From: an uncultured Hyphomonas sp.
GTDB lineage: Bacteria; Pseudomonadota; Alphaproteobacteria; Caulobacterales; Hyphomonadaceae
Reading direction: 5' to 3'
Assembly: GCA_964567455.1 (NCBI GenBank)
Contig: CAZMMU010000010.1
Span: 496-64,495, forward strand
DNA length: 64,000 nucleotides
Within the stretch, counting starts at the first letter, position 1; each line of letters opens with the position of its first letter. The translations under genes and the position numbers were made by a program. Shown here piece after piece: positions 22,457-35,100 of this stretch. The notes beneath the pieces are model-generated. The model did no database searches and was not told the origin of the DNA. It was given only the letters and a program-made list of their open reading frames with translations.

Positions 22457-24055
22457 ATGACCCAAACTGTGAGCGATGACGGGCGAGCAGTCGATGCGCC
22501 TGCGCGATTGGACAAAACCAAGCTATCCGTTCTGCTGATCTCCATCCTGATTGTGGCTCTCTGCGGGATTGTTTACGAGCTGATTATCGGGACGGTTTCG
22601 AGCTATTTGTTGGGCAACTCGGTTTACCAGTTCTCGCTCACCATTGGCTTTTTCATGTTCGCTATGGGCGTTGGGTCGCATCTCTCGCGTTATGTTGAAA
22701 CGCGCTTGCTGGAGACATTTATCTATGTCGAAATGTTGCTCGCGCTTGTGGGGGGATTGTGTAGCGTATCACTGTTCATGCTGTTTCCGTTTGCGCCGTG
22801 GCTCTACACGGCGGCCATGTTTGGATTTATCTTTATCATTGGCGGCCTGGTCGGGATCGAAATTCCGCTTCTGATGCGTATTCTGTCTGAGCATCATGGC
22901 GCGCGTAAATCTATCGCTGATGTCTTGTCGCTTGATTATATTGGCGCTTTGTTTGGATCGGTTGCGTTTCCGTTGCTCTTGTTGCCCAGTCTCGGACTGA
23001 TAGCGTCTTCATTTGCGATTGGGCTGATCAATGTTTTCGTAGCGTTTTTGAATGCGGTCTGGTTGCGCGAGCATCTGGCATCAGCGACGCGCATGATCTG
23101 GATGACGGTCGCAATTTTTGCAGGGCTGGTGGTGCTGACCTTGTCTGCAACGCGGATCACGTCTTATGCACAGCATCACCTCTATTTTGATCAGGTTGTT
23201 TGGGAGAAGCAAAGCCCGTACCAGTCTCTCACCGTGACAAATGCTTGGCCTAACAATGATTTGCGGCTGTTCATTGATGGCCACTTGCAGTTTTCCGAGC
23301 AGGATGAGCATCGCTATCACGAGGCGCTTGTCCATCCGGCTTTGGGGTGGAGCGGGGCGCCAAAGCGTGTGCTTGTACTTGGGGGCGGGGACGGTTTGGC
23401 GGTGCGCGAAATTCTCAAACATGATGGTGTGGAAGCGATTGATCTCGTCGATCTCGATCCTGAAATGACATGGCTCGGGCAGTCCTTTGCGCCCGTTGTT
23501 GCGCTGAATGAGGGCGCGTTGAACGGGCCAAAAGTGACCGTCTACAATCAAGATGCGTTTGTCTTTATTCAGCAGAGTGATGCCAAGTATGACCGCGTCA
23601 TTATCGACTTTCCCGATCCCCATAATGAAGCCATCTCGAAGCTCTACTCGCAGGAGTTTTACGCGCTGGTTAAAGCCCATCTGACCGATGCGGGTGTGAT
23701 CGTCACGCAAAGTTCCTCACCGTTTTTTGCACGGCGGACTTATTGGTCCATCGGCGAAACGCTCGAAAGCATGTTTCCCGGTGTACTGAGCTATCAGATT
23801 ACGATCCCCTCTTTTGGCGTCTGGGGCTATCACATGGCGTTTGCAAATTCGGGTGGGACGCTAGAGCGTGTCCCTGACGGATTGGCAGCCATGTCCGTGC
23901 CGGTGTTCGAGGCGGCGCAGGTGTTCCCATGCGATATATCGAAACCTGAAGGCGTCGCGGCGAACTCAATCTTTGACCCGACCCTCTATGAGGCCTACAC
24001 AGACGATTTGCGCATCTCACCGCACAAAGGCCTCGGGAGTTGTCGAAGTTCGTAG
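22457..24055 (+). CDS. speE: Membrane-anchored polyamine aminopropyltransferase (spermidine synthase-like)
   Basis: 532 aa. The first roughly 230 aa contain multiple hydrophobic helices. The C-terminal catalytic domain has QSPYQSL, VLVLGGGDGLAVRE and IIDFPDP motifs of spermidine/spermine synthases. Confidence 0.8.
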   Translation: MTQTVSDDGRAVDAPARLDKTKLSVLLISILIVALCGIVYELIIGTVSSYLLGNSVYQFSLTIGFFMFAMGVGSHLSRYVETRLLETFIYVEMLLALVGGLCSVSLFMLFPFAPWLYTAAMFGFIFIIGGLVGIEIPLLMRILSEHHGARKSIADVLSLDYIGALFGSVAFPLLLLPSLGLIASSFAIGLINVFVAFLNAVWLREHLASATRMIWMTVAIFAGLVVLTLSATRITSYAQHHLYFDQVVWEKQSPYQSLTVTNAWPNNDLRLFIDGHLQFSEQDEHRYHEALVHPALGWSGAPKRVLVLGGGDGLAVREILKHDGVEAIDLVDLDPEMTWLGQSFAPVVALNEGALNGPKVTVYNQDAFVFIQQSDAKYDRVIIDFPDPHNEAISKLYSQEFYALVKAHLTDAGVIVTQSSSPFFARRTYWSIGETLESMFPGVLSYQITIPSFGVWGYHMAFANSGGTLERVPDGLAAMSVPVFEAAQVFPCDISKPEGVAANSIFDPTLYEAYTDDLRISPHKGLGSCRSS

Positions 24056-24288
24056 CGCTTGATCTGGGCGCGTTTGAGGATGAAAATGCCCCGCGGGTGG
24101 TCGATCATGGCAAGGGTGTTCATGATATTGCTTTGGTAACGATTTTTTGTTCGAAAAACCCCGATTTTTGATGAGATCATGCCTCGTATTGAATTGACGG
24201 CACAATTTAATTCTATTATTATGTCAGGTTAGGGCTGAATTGTGCAAGAGCCGTATTTTTGGAATGAATATTGTATTTCAACTTTTGA

Positions 24289-25566
<1,278 letters not shown>

Positions 25567-25567
25567 T

Positions 25568-26581
25568 ATGGCACGGATGACAATGATCGAGGCGATCCGA
25601 AGCGCTCAGCATGTCGCCATGGGCCGGGATGACAATGTCGTGGTTTTTGGCGAGGATGTCGGCTATTTTGGCGGTGTTTTCAGGTGTACCCAAGGGCTGC
25701 AGGAGACTTATGGAGCGTCACGCTGTTTCGACAGTCCGATCAATGAAAGCGGCATCATAGGCGCGGCTATCGGAATGGCGGCGTACGGCTTGCGTCCTTG
25801 CGTGGAAATCCAGTTTGCAGACTATATGTATCCCGGATATGATCAACTCAGCCAAGAGGCGGCGCGTATTCGATATCGTTCAAATGGCGATTTTACGACT
25901 CAGATAACAGTCCGTATGCCGACTGGTGGGGGTATATATGGCGGGCAGACCCATTCGCAAAGCCCGGAGGCTTTGTTTGCGCATGTTTGCGGCTTGAAGA
26001 CGGTGATCCCATCAAATCCGTATGATGCAAAAGGTTTGCTCGCAGCGTCCATCGAGGATGATGACCCTGTGATTTTTCTTGAACCGAAGCGGCTCTATAA
26101 CGGCCCGTTCGATGGCCATCATGATCGGCCGATTACGTCCTGGGCCAAGCATGCGCTCGGTGAGGTTCCCGAGGACTATTACACGGTGCCGCTCGGAAAG
26201 GCCGCAATCGCACGGCCGGGCGAAGAGGTGACGATATTGGCTTATGGAACCATGGTGCATGTGGCGCTGACGGCTGCTGAAGAGACCGGTATTGATGCGG
26301 AAATCATTGATTTGCGGACAATTTTGCCGCTCGATCTGGAGACAATTGAAACCTCGGTTAAGCGCACGGGTCGCTGCGTGATCCTGCATGAGGCGACGAA
26401 AACGTGCGGCTTTGGTGCGGAGTTGATGTCGCTGGTGCAAGAGACGTGCTTCTATCACCTTGAGGCTCCGATTGCGCGGGTGACAGGTTGGGACACGCCA
26501 TATCCGCATGCTCAGGAGTGGGACTATTTTCCCGGCCCCAAGCGCGTTGGGGCGGCACTTAGAAAAGTCATGGAGGGGTAA
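25568..26581 (+). CDS. bkdA2: Branched-chain 2-oxoacid dehydrogenase E1 beta subunit
   Basis: The start is chosen at MARMTMIEAIRSAQHVAM...VVVFGEDVGYFGGVFRCT, the canonical E1 beta N-terminus. It begins 1 nt after the E1 alpha stop. Confidence 0.9.
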   Translation: MARMTMIEAIRSAQHVAMGRDDNVVVFGEDVGYFGGVFRCTQGLQETYGASRCFDSPINESGIIGAAIGMAAYGLRPCVEIQFADYMYPGYDQLSQEAARIRYRSNGDFTTQITVRMPTGGGIYGGQTHSQSPEALFAHVCGLKTVIPSNPYDAKGLLAASIEDDDPVIFLEPKRLYNGPFDGHHDRPITSWAKHALGEVPEDYYTVPLGKAAIARPGEEVTILAYGTMVHVALTAAEETGIDAEIIDLRTILPLDLETIETSVKRTGRCVILHEATKTCGFGAELMSLVQETCFYHLEAPIARVTGWDTPYPHAQEWDYFPGPKRVGAALRKVMEG

Positions 26582-26585
26582 GGGC

Positions 26586-27875
26586 ATGGGCGAGTTTGTT
26601 ATCAAATTGCCGGATGTCGGAGAAGGGGTCGCAGAGGCGGAACTTGTTGAATGGATGGTCGAAGACGGCCAATCGGTGCGCGAGGATGATGTGCTCGCAG
26701 CGGTCATGACGGATAAGGCGACTGTGGAGATTCCTGCGCCTACAGATGGTGTGGTTGTTTGGCGCGGCGGAAATATTGGCGATGTGTTGGCTGTTGGATC
26801 GCCGCTGTTGAAGCTGGAGGTGGCCGGCGAGGGGAACGCGGCAGAGATGACCGAGGCCGACGCGGTGAACGAGGTGGCTGCGCCAGTTAACGAGCCAGCG
26901 AAGACGGCTGCGCAGCCAACCGCCGCAGAGGTCAAGCCTGTTGCTCCGGCGCCGTCGGTTCCGGTCGCAAAGACGAGCGCCGGTGCGCCGCGCGCGGAGG
27001 GTGAGAAGCCCATCGCATCCCCGGCGGTTCGCAAGCGGGCGATTGAAGGCGGTGTGGACCTTCGACGTGTGGCCGGGAGTGGTCCGGCTGGACGGATTAC
27101 GCATGATGATCTTGATGCCTATTTTCATGCTGGTGCGGGAGCGCGATCCGGTGCGATGGTACGGGCTGCGAACACGTCGGTGAAAGATATTCCGATGATT
27201 GGTTTGCGCCGGAAAATTGCAGAAAAGATGGCGCTATCGAAATCACGTATTCCGCATATCACTTATGTCGACGAGATTGATATGACTGCGCTTGAGGCGT
27301 TGCGCGGACAGCTCAATAGCGCGCGTAAGGCCGACCAGCCCAAGCTCACCCTGTTGCCGTTTTTGATGCGGGCGATGGCGATGGCGATTGCCGACCAGCC
27401 ACAAATGAACTCGATCTATGATGACGAAGCCGGGGTGATCCATCAGCATGGCGGCTTGCATATGGGCGTTGCTGCGCAGACCGATAATGGGTTGGTCGTG
27501 CCCGTGGTCAAACATGTCGAGGCGCGCGGGCTTTGGGATTGTGCGGCTGAGGTGGCGCGACTGGCTGAGGCTGCCAAAGAGGGGCGGGCAAGCCGTGATG
27601 AGCTATCAGGCTCGACCATCACCATCACGTCGCTAGGCAAGATGGGCGGCATTGTGACGACGCCTGTGATCAACCATCCGGAAGTCGCCATTATCGGTGT
27701 CAACAAGATGCGAACTCTGCCGCAATGGGATGGCACGGCTTTCCAACCGCGACAGATGATGAATTTGTCGTCGAGTTTTGACCATCGCGTGATTGATGGC
27801 TGGGATGCAGCGGTCTTTATACAGAAGATCAAATCTCTGTTGGAATCACCCGCTATGATCTTTATCGAGGACTAG
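26586..27875 (+). CDS. bkdB: Dihydrolipoamide branched-chain transacylase E2
   Basis: It has a lipoyl domain (VMTDKATVEIPAP), an Ala/Pro linker, an E3-binding segment (ASPAVRKRA...) and the catalytic SFDHRVIDG. Confidence 0.9.
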   Translation: MGEFVIKLPDVGEGVAEAELVEWMVEDGQSVREDDVLAAVMTDKATVEIPAPTDGVVVWRGGNIGDVLAVGSPLLKLEVAGEGNAAEMTEADAVNEVAAPVNEPAKTAAQPTAAEVKPVAPAPSVPVAKTSAGAPRAEGEKPIASPAVRKRAIEGGVDLRRVAGSGPAGRITHDDLDAYFHAGAGARSGAMVRAANTSVKDIPMIGLRRKIAEKMALSKSRIPHITYVDEIDMTALEALRGQLNSARKADQPKLTLLPFLMRAMAMAIADQPQMNSIYDDEAGVIHQHGGLHMGVAAQTDNGLVVPVVKHVEARGLWDCAAEVARLAEAAKEGRASRDELSGSTITITSLGKMGGIVTTPVINHPEVAIIGVNKMRTLPQWDGTAFQPRQMMNLSSSFDHRVIDGWDAAVFIQKIKSLLESPAMIFIED

Positions 27876-27881
27876 AACAAG

Positions 27882-29276
27882 ATGACCGAACTTAAGTGCA
27901 AGCTCCTTGTGATTGGTGCTGGTCCTGGCGGATATGTGACGGCCATCCGCGCGGGTCAACTTGGCGTTGATACGATCATTGTGGATATGGACGCGTTGGG
28001 CGGAACGTGTCTGAATGTGGGGTGCATCCCATCTAAGGCGCTTATCCATGCGGGTGACGAATTTTACGCCGCGCGGCATCTTAGCGGGGGCTCACCGCTT
28101 GGTATTTCGGTGTCAGAACCGAGCATTGACCTGCGGGCCACAATGAAATGGAAGAACGGGATCGTCAAACGGCTCACGGGCGGTGTCGGGGCGCTCTTGT
28201 CCAAAGCCAAAGTGCGGGTCGTTCCCGGCCGCGCTTCGTTTATGGATGGCAAGACGGTTGAAGTGTCCCATACGGACGGCACGACCACGATCCGTGCCGA
28301 GAATATCGTGGTGGCCACTGGGTCGCGTCCTGTCGAGCTGCCTTTCCTGCCCTTTGGAGGCAAGGTTATTTCGTCCACCGAGGCGCTGGCTCTGAAAAAA
28401 GTACCTGAGACGCTCGCCGTGATCGGAGCTGGTTATATCGGGCTGGAGCTCGGCATGGCGTATGCGAAATTGGGTGCCAAGGTGACGATCATAGAGGCCA
28501 TGGACCGCATTCTGCCGACATATGATGCCAAGCTCACCCGCCCGGTGCTCAAACGGCTTGAGAGCCTTGGTGTCGCGCTTCATACCAGCGCGCGGGCGAA
28601 AGATTTGTCGGGCGATAAAGGGGCGCTCGTTTTTGAGACCAAGGATGGCAAGCGCCAACAGCTTCTGGCTGACAAAGTGTTGGTGACGGTCGGGCGAAAA
28701 CCGGCGACGGATGGCTGGGGACGCGAGGCCGTTGTACTCGATATGGATGGTCCATTTATCAAGATCGACGAGCAGTGTCGAACCAGTATGAGCGGCATTT
28801 ATGCTATTGGCGATGTGACCGGCGAGCCTATGCTTGCTCACCGCGCCATGGCGCAAGGCGAAATGGTGGCCGAGATTGTTGCCGGGCACAAACGGGTCTG
28901 GGACAAGATTGCCATTCCAGCGGTTTGCTTTACGGATCCCGAGGTTCTGGTTGCGGGGCTTTCGCCTGATGAGGCAAAGGCAGCGGGCCACAAAGTTCTG
29001 GTTTCGGAGTTTCCATTTGCGGCCAATGGGCGTGCGATGACGATGGAGGTTGACGACGGCTTTGTCCGCATCGTTGCGCGTAAGGATAATCATCTCGTGC
29101 TTGGCATTCAGGCGGTTGGCAAAGGTGTTTCCGAATTGGCTGCTGCTTTTGGTCTCGCGCTTGAAATGGGTGCCCGGCTTGAGGATATTGCGGCGACAAT
29201 CCATGCGCACCCCACACAAGGCGAAGCGCTACAGGAGGCGGCCCTTCGCGCGCTTGGCCAAGCGCTGCATATCTAA
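27882..29276 (+). CDS. lpdV: Dihydrolipoyl dehydrogenase E3
   Basis: 464 aa with FAD motif GAGPGGY, the redox disulfide [13 protein letters not shown] and the C-terminal interface segment HAHPTQGE. Confidence 0.92.
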   Translation: MTELKCKLLVIGAGPGGYVTAIRAGQLGVDTIIVDMDALGGTCLNVGCIPSKALIHAGDEFYAARHLSGGSPLGISVSEPSIDLRATMKWKNGIVKRLTGGVGALLSKAKVRVVPGRASFMDGKTVEVSHTDGTTTIRAENIVVATGSRPVELPFLPFGGKVISSTEALALKKVPETLAVIGAGYIGLELGMAYAKLGAKVTIIEAMDRILPTYDAKLTRPVLKRLESLGVALHTSARAKDLSGDKGALVFETKDGKRQQLLADKVLVTVGRKPATDGWGREAVVLDMDGPFIKIDEQCRTSMSGIYAIGDVTGEPMLAHRAMAQGEMVAEIVAGHKRVWDKIAIPAVCFTDPEVLVAGLSPDEAKAAGHKVLVSEFPFAANGRAMTMEVDDGFVRIVARKDNHLVLGIQAVGKGVSELAAAFGLALEMGARLEDIAATIHAHPTQGEALQEAALRALGQALHI

Positions 29277-31453
29277 TCGGCGCGCGCTGCGTTCGCTCCG
29301 CCAACAACGTAGTCGCGGGTGGCCTCTGCGAGCACAGCTTCGAGGGTCATGGGCGGTGTGCGAAAGCCCTCATCAGCAAACAGTTTTGTTTGGTCGGCAT
29401 AGTGCGGAGAGGTCTCGTCATGGGTCGCTGCACCATATTGATGTATGGTCTGGATGGTGGGTTTGCCTGTTTCATCCCAGTCCGCATAGAGAATATAACT
29501 GTCGCCCGCAATTGCGCCCAGTGATCCATCCTTGGGATTGTCGATAGAGTATATGGCTCGCAACACGTCAGGAGCGCCGTTTACGGGTATGTCCAGGTCG
29601 CCGCGTTTGTGGCGGTTGACGTCGCGCCATTCGGGATCGATCCGTCCGAAGCCTTCAATGTATTCGGCTATGGCCTGGGACAGTGCTTGGGCATGGTCCG
29701 GGACCTCTGCGCCGTCTCCGCGCATTTCGATGCCGTTGGCAAGCTGGGTCGCGCGAATGGCAAGCCCGGCAACGCGGCTGTCGGAGGTGACATGTCCGTC
29801 CCAATCGGAGAACAAAGCCAGCGCGTCTGCGAAGTCAGGATTGGTGTTAATGTCGGGGCTTGTGGCTAGCGTGCGCAGATGGGTCATGATTGCTGAGGCA
29901 GGGTCGAAGCGCGTGTCCATCTTGTAGCTCACAAACTCTTCGCCGCTGATTTCAAGGTCGCCGCCGTAAAGGGCTTGCGCGCGCAAGCCTCGGTTTGTCG
30001 GAAGATCCGAGATGCCGTAATGGGCGGGGAAGTCGGCTCGTTTTGGTTTGTCAGGTGCGCCGGTGGATTCGAATGGTGTGTGATTGGAATTGATCACATA
30101 GCCCGAGCTGGGATTGCTGACGAGGGGTGTTGCCGTACCAAATGGACGGGTGCCTTGCCAAACCAGATCAGAGCGGTCGCCGGGTGCCATTTTTGACCAA
30201 TCCCATTGAGGCGAACGGATTGGCACCAATGCGTTGTAATAATAACCGATATTCCCCTCTGCATCGCCGTAAACGAAGTTGAAGCTCGGAATACCCTGCA
30301 CGGCCATTGCCTCTTGCCACTCGGCATAGGTTTGCGATTTGTTCATGCGGAACCACTGCTCGACTGCGCGAATATTGCCCGCGCCTGCAAAGGCGACAGC
30401 GACAAAGCCGTTTGGCGTATCGAAGACAGGGCCATGAACCGAGCGTCTCAGCGTCTGTTTCGAGGGGAAGCTGAACGGTCCCCAGAGTTTGACGCGAATG
30501 GTGATGGTCTCGGTCTCGAAGTCGCGCCATGCGCCGTCAAACATGTATTGGGTGGGGGCTTTCTCATCATTGACCGTCAGCTGATAAAAATCGACCAAGT
30601 CAGGTTTGTTCACTGTGATCGCCCAGCCAAGCTTTGGGCTTGCGCCAAGCGAGATCAGCGGGGTGCCCGGAAACAGTCCGCCAACCATGTCCCAGCCTTC
30701 TTCTGACTTTACGCGTGCTTCATACCACGCCACGGGACCAATGAAGGGTTGGTGAGAATTGACCATGAGCCGCGTGTGCCCGTCTGTTGAGCGGGAGGGG
30801 GCGACGGCGATGGCGTTCGAGCCCGGTGTGATGCGATGGTCCGAACCAAGATATGCTTCACGCGTGGCCTCTGCGGCATCGACCATTGCTACGTCGCCAT
30901 CGAAAAGCTCGGTGAGGTAGCGATCGAGCCCGTAGAAGAATGGCGTTCGGGAGACGTAGGATGAGACAATGTCAATCGGTGTGATTGGCGCGAAGCCCGG
31001 TTCGCAGCGGTCTGTCTCTTCGGCGCAATAGAGGTTTATCCCTGCGGCATAGCCTTCAAGCGCTGAACGCGTGTCGGCAGAAAGTTGGGCTTCGTATTTC
31101 TCTTCAGCGAATTTGTGTGCCTGCATGGTGGCAACCAGATAGTCTGTGATTGCGCCCTCGGTGCCTGTGGCCAGTCCCATTTGCCCGCGCGCAAATCGTC
31201 TGCTGTCTTGCATGTTGATGATGTCATCTTCGGCATGGGCATAGGCGAGCCCGAACGCGACATCGGCATCGCGCGTGCCATAAATATGCGGTACGCCATA
31301 AGCGTCGCGGACAATGCGAACCTGATAGTCTTTGGCAGTCTCAAGCGCAGCTTGCCGGTCGAATGCGGCGGGCGCGGGTGTTTTGAGCCAGAGGCCAAGC
31401 CCTATAAGTCCGGCCAGCAGGACCAGCCCCGAAATTTGCAATGCACTTTTCAT
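29273..31453 (-). CDS. Penicillin acylase family (Ntn-hydrolase, peptidase S45) protein, secreted
   Basis: 726 aa with a signal/TM N-terminus and an internal autoprocessing-type site, [12 protein letters not shown] (the beta-chain would start at SN). Substrate (beta-lactam, AHL or other) cannot be told from the sequence. Confidence 0.75.
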   Translation of the reverse strand: MKSALQISGLVLLAGLIGLGLWLKTPAPAAFDRQAALETAKDYQVRIVRDAYGVPHIYGTRDADVAFGLAYAHAEDDIINMQDSRRFARGQMGLATGTEGAITDYLVATMQAHKFAEEKYEAQLSADTRSALEGYAAGINLYCAEETDRCEPGFAPITPIDIVSSYVSRTPFFYGLDRYLTELFDGDVAMVDAAEATREAYLGSDHRITPGSNAIAVAPSRSTDGHTRLMVNSHQPFIGPVAWYEARVKSEEGWDMVGGLFPGTPLISLGASPKLGWAITVNKPDLVDFYQLTVNDEKAPTQYMFDGAWRDFETETITIRVKLWGPFSFPSKQTLRRSVHGPVFDTPNGFVAVAFAGAGNIRAVEQWFRMNKSQTYAEWQEAMAVQGIPSFNFVYGDAEGNIGYYYNALVPIRSPQWDWSKMAPGDRSDLVWQGTRPFGTATPLVSNPSSGYVINSNHTPFESTGAPDKPKRADFPAHYGISDLPTNRGLRAQALYGGDLEISGEEFVSYKMDTRFDPASAIMTHLRTLATSPDINTNPDFADALALFSDWDGHVTSDSRVAGLAIRATQLANGIEMRGDGAEVPDHAQALSQAIAEYIEGFGRIDPEWRDVNRHKRGDLDIPVNGAPDVLRAIYSIDNPKDGSLGAIAGDSYILYADWDETGKPTIQTIHQYGAATHDETSPHYADQTKLFADEGFRTPPMTLEAVLAEATRDYVVGGANAARAD

Positions 31454-31618
31454 CTGCCGCGTCCCTCGTTCTTGCTCTTTTTATGCCTCATGCTTACAGG
31501 CTTGTTTCGAAAAGGCCAGTCAGGCCCATGCCGATTGCCGTCACTCTTGCGGTTGCGACCGATTTGTCTTTGACTGGACGGACAGGAAAATGACCGCTGG
31601 CGAAGACAGGCATCCGAT

Positions 31619-32179
31619 ATGAAACTCCGAGTTCTTTTGCGTAAAGTCCATCATTGGGGATCTATTGTCATTGCGCTCCCGCTGCTTGTAATGATCGGTG
31701 CAGGCTTGCTCTTGATGCTGAAAAAAGAAGTGAACTGGATACAGCCGCCCACAGTCTCCGGCGTGTCTGCGCAGATGCCTCAGCTTGCAATGTCCGATCT
31801 GTTCGCTGCTGCACAAAGCGTCGATGAGGCGGATTTGCGCGATTGGGCTGATCTTGACCGGGTAGACATAAAACCCGCCAAGGGGGTTATCAAATTTATT
31901 GGTGAAAACCGCTGGGAGGTGCAGGTCGATACCACGACAGGTGAGGTGTTGCAGGTCGCCTACCGGCGTTCTGATTTGATTGAAAGCCTGCATGATGGCA
32001 GCTTTTTTGCGGACTGGACCAAGTTGTTTCTATTTCTCCCCTCGGGCGCGATTCTGCTTGTTCTGTGGGGGACGGGTTTATACTTGTTCTTTTTGCCACA
32101 TGTGAAAAACTACCAGAAACGACGGGCAAAGCGGCAGATCATTGCCTCTCACGCCAAAGACGATACGGATCGGGGTTGA
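31619..32179 (+). CDS. PepSY-domain membrane protein
   Basis: 186 aa with the N-terminal LRKVHHWGSIVIALPLLVMIGAGLLLM motif typical of PepSY-associated TM helices. A second TM lies near the C-terminus. Confidence 0.6.
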   Translation: MKLRVLLRKVHHWGSIVIALPLLVMIGAGLLLMLKKEVNWIQPPTVSGVSAQMPQLAMSDLFAAAQSVDEADLRDWADLDRVDIKPAKGVIKFIGENRWEVQVDTTTGEVLQVAYRRSDLIESLHDGSFFADWTKLFLFLPSGAILLVLWGTGLYLFFLPHVKNYQKRRAKRQIIASHAKDDTDRG

Positions 32180-32190
32180 GGAGCTTACGA

Positions 32191-35100
32191 ATGTTGAAAC
32201 AATTTTTCGCCGGAACAGTGCTGTTGATCCTGTCGGGCTTGTTCGCCGCGTCGGCGCAAGAGGTCGATCCCTCGCTCTATTCAGGGTTGGAAGCGCGCCT
32301 TGTCGGCCCTGCGGGAATGAGCGGCCGAATTGCGGCGGTGGATGCTGTGGCGGATGATCCCAATCATATTGTGGTTGGTGCATCGACGGGCGGGGTGTGG
32401 ATTTCCGAGAATGGCGGGCTCAACTGGACACCAGTGTTTGATGACCAGCCTGTGGCCTCCATCGGTGCGGTGGCGATCAATCAGACCAATCCCGATATTA
32501 TCTGGGTCGGCACCGGCGAGGGCAATGTGCGCAATTCGACTTCGGTCGGCGGGGGCGTTTTCAAATCGCTTGATGGCGGGCAGACTTGGACGCATGTCGG
32601 GTTGGAGGGGACGGAGCGTATCCACCGGATTGCGTTGCACCCGACCAATCCAGATGTCGCCTATATTGCCGCGCTCGGCCCGCTCTGGAGCGCAGGCGAG
32701 GATCGAGGGCTTTACCGAACGACAGATGGCGGCGAGAGCTGGGAGAAAATTCTCTATGTGAATGACAGCACGGGCGCGACGGATATTCGCATGATGCCCG
32801 GCAATCCTCAGAAACTGTTCGCTGGGATGTGGGAGTTTCGCCGCTGGCCGTATTTTTTCAAGTCGGGCGGTGAAGGGTCTGGTCTTTACGTCTCGCATGA
32901 TGGCGGGGACAATTGGACCGAATTGACTGAAGATGATGGTTTGCCCAAGGGCGAGCTTGGTCGCTCGTCCTTTGCGATGTCGCCCGCCGATCCAAAACGC
33001 GTCTATGCGCTGATTGAGGCGGAGGAAAGCGCGCTGGCCCGTTCCGATGATGGCGGACGAAGCTGGACGCTGGTGAATACCGACTTCGACATTAATGACC
33101 GACCGTTCTATTATGGTGATCTTGCCGTTGATCCGCAGAACGCCAATCGGGTTTACCGGATTGGGAGCCGTGTGAAAGTCTCCGAGGATGGCGGCAAGAC
33201 CTTCGAATATATGCCTGCGATTGATTGTTGTGCCGCGTCCAATACGGTCCACATTGACACCCATGCCTGGTGGATCAATCCAAACGATCCGCGCCATATG
33301 ATTGATGGGAATGATGGCGGCATAGCGATTACCCATGATCGCGGCGAGACTTGGCGCTTTGTGCGCAATTTGCCGCTGGCGCAGTTCTATCACATCGCGG
33401 TGGACAATGAGGTGCCCTACAATATTCTCGGCGGCTTGCAGGATAATGGCTCATGGCGTGGGCCGTCCGAAGTGTTCGAGAATGGCGGCATACGGAATTT
33501 CCATTGGCAAGAAGTGGCTTTTGGTGACGGGTTTGATACGCGCGCTGACCCGGAGAATGCCAATCGCGGTTATGCGATGAGCCAGGGCGGTGTCCTCTAT
33601 CGCTGGGATCTGGATAGCGGTGAAAGCCGATTGATTAAACCGGATCCGGTTGCTGGGACGGATCTCCGGTTTAACTGGAATGCTGGTTTTGCTCAGGATC
33701 CGTTCGATCCAGCGACCATTTATCTTGGCAGCCAGTTTGTCCACAAGTCCACTGATCGCGGCCTGACATGGCAAGTGGTTAGCGGTGACCTGACGACCAA
33801 TAATCCCGACGTTCAGACCTTTCGTGAAAGCGGTGGCTTGACCCCGGATGTAACAGCTGCGGAAAACTACACGTCGATCACGATGATTGCGCCAAGTCCG
33901 TTAGAAGAGGGTGTCATCTGGGTTGGCAGTGATGATGGCCGTGTTCATGTCAGCCGAAATGCTGGTGAAGATTGGCAAAGTGTTGAAGGCCGGCTGACTG
34001 ACGGGCCGGATGGTGCATGGGTGCCAATGATCTATCCGTCACCGCATGACGCGTCGGTCGCCTTTATCGTGCTCGACGATCACCGCAATGGTGACATGAC
34101 GCCTTATGCCTACAGGCTAGAAAATTATGGTCGGACATGGGTGCCGTTGGTCGATGGTGCCGTGAGCGGTTACGCAACGTCGATCCTGCAAGACAGTGTT
34201 GATCCCGATCTGTTGTTTCTTGGAACGGAGTTTGGTTTGCACATTAGCCATGATGGCGGGCGCCGCTGGATGAAGTGGACCCAGGGCGTGCCCACGGTTC
34301 AGATTGCAGATTTGGCATTACAAGCCCGCGAGAGTGATCTGATTGTTGGCACGCACGGCCGCGCCGCGTTCGTGATCGAAGATATTGCGGCCATCAGAAA
34401 CCTGTCTGCACGTAATTTCTCCGAGCGGTTCGCTCTGCTGAACATCACCCATGGCCAGCAGTACAGACCTGCACAGACCCCATCGACCCGATTTACAGGC
34501 AGTGGCGAGTTCCGTGCGTCCAATGCACCCTATGGCGTGATGATTACATTTATGGCGAGCGGCTCGGATCTGACCCATCCGGATAAGGAGCGCGAACGCG
34601 CGCGGGCTGCGGCAGCGCGGCGAGCGGCTGGTGAGGACAAGGATGACGTGTCCAAACCGCTAAAGGCGACCATTACAGTGATGAACGCGGCGGGGGAGAC
34701 CATACGCACTTTCAAAACGGATGTGCATCAGGGGATCAATCGCGCGGTATGGAATCTGCGGCGTGATGGCTTGCGACCGGTTTCTGCGGATGATGCTCCC
34801 AAAGACGGCACCCTTCCAGCGGGCCGTGAGGTTGTGCCGGGGACTTATACGGTCCGAATTGCATTTGATGGACGACAAGCGAGCGGCGCTATAGAGGTGC
34901 TCGCCGATCCACGCAGTCCATACTCGCTCGATGCGCAGGTGGCGAATGCCGCAGCGCTTGACGAGGTTGAAGCTCTGCAAGAGCGGATGAACGGGGCCTT
35001 GCGGAATATTCTCGCCGCGCGCCGAGACGTCGAAACAGTTGAAACATTGATCAAAGCCGAGACAGCAGGACTAGAACCTGACGCGCACCCGTATGCGGAT

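Noticed and set aside
23995-24205. Small minus-strand ORFs downstream of the aminopropyltransferase gene, considered as a remnant of a divergent bkdR/Lrp regulator.
   Set aside because: No helix-turn-helix or Lrp/AsnC-like segment is present in any minus frame. The ORFs partly overlap the 3' end of the upstream gene and look random.
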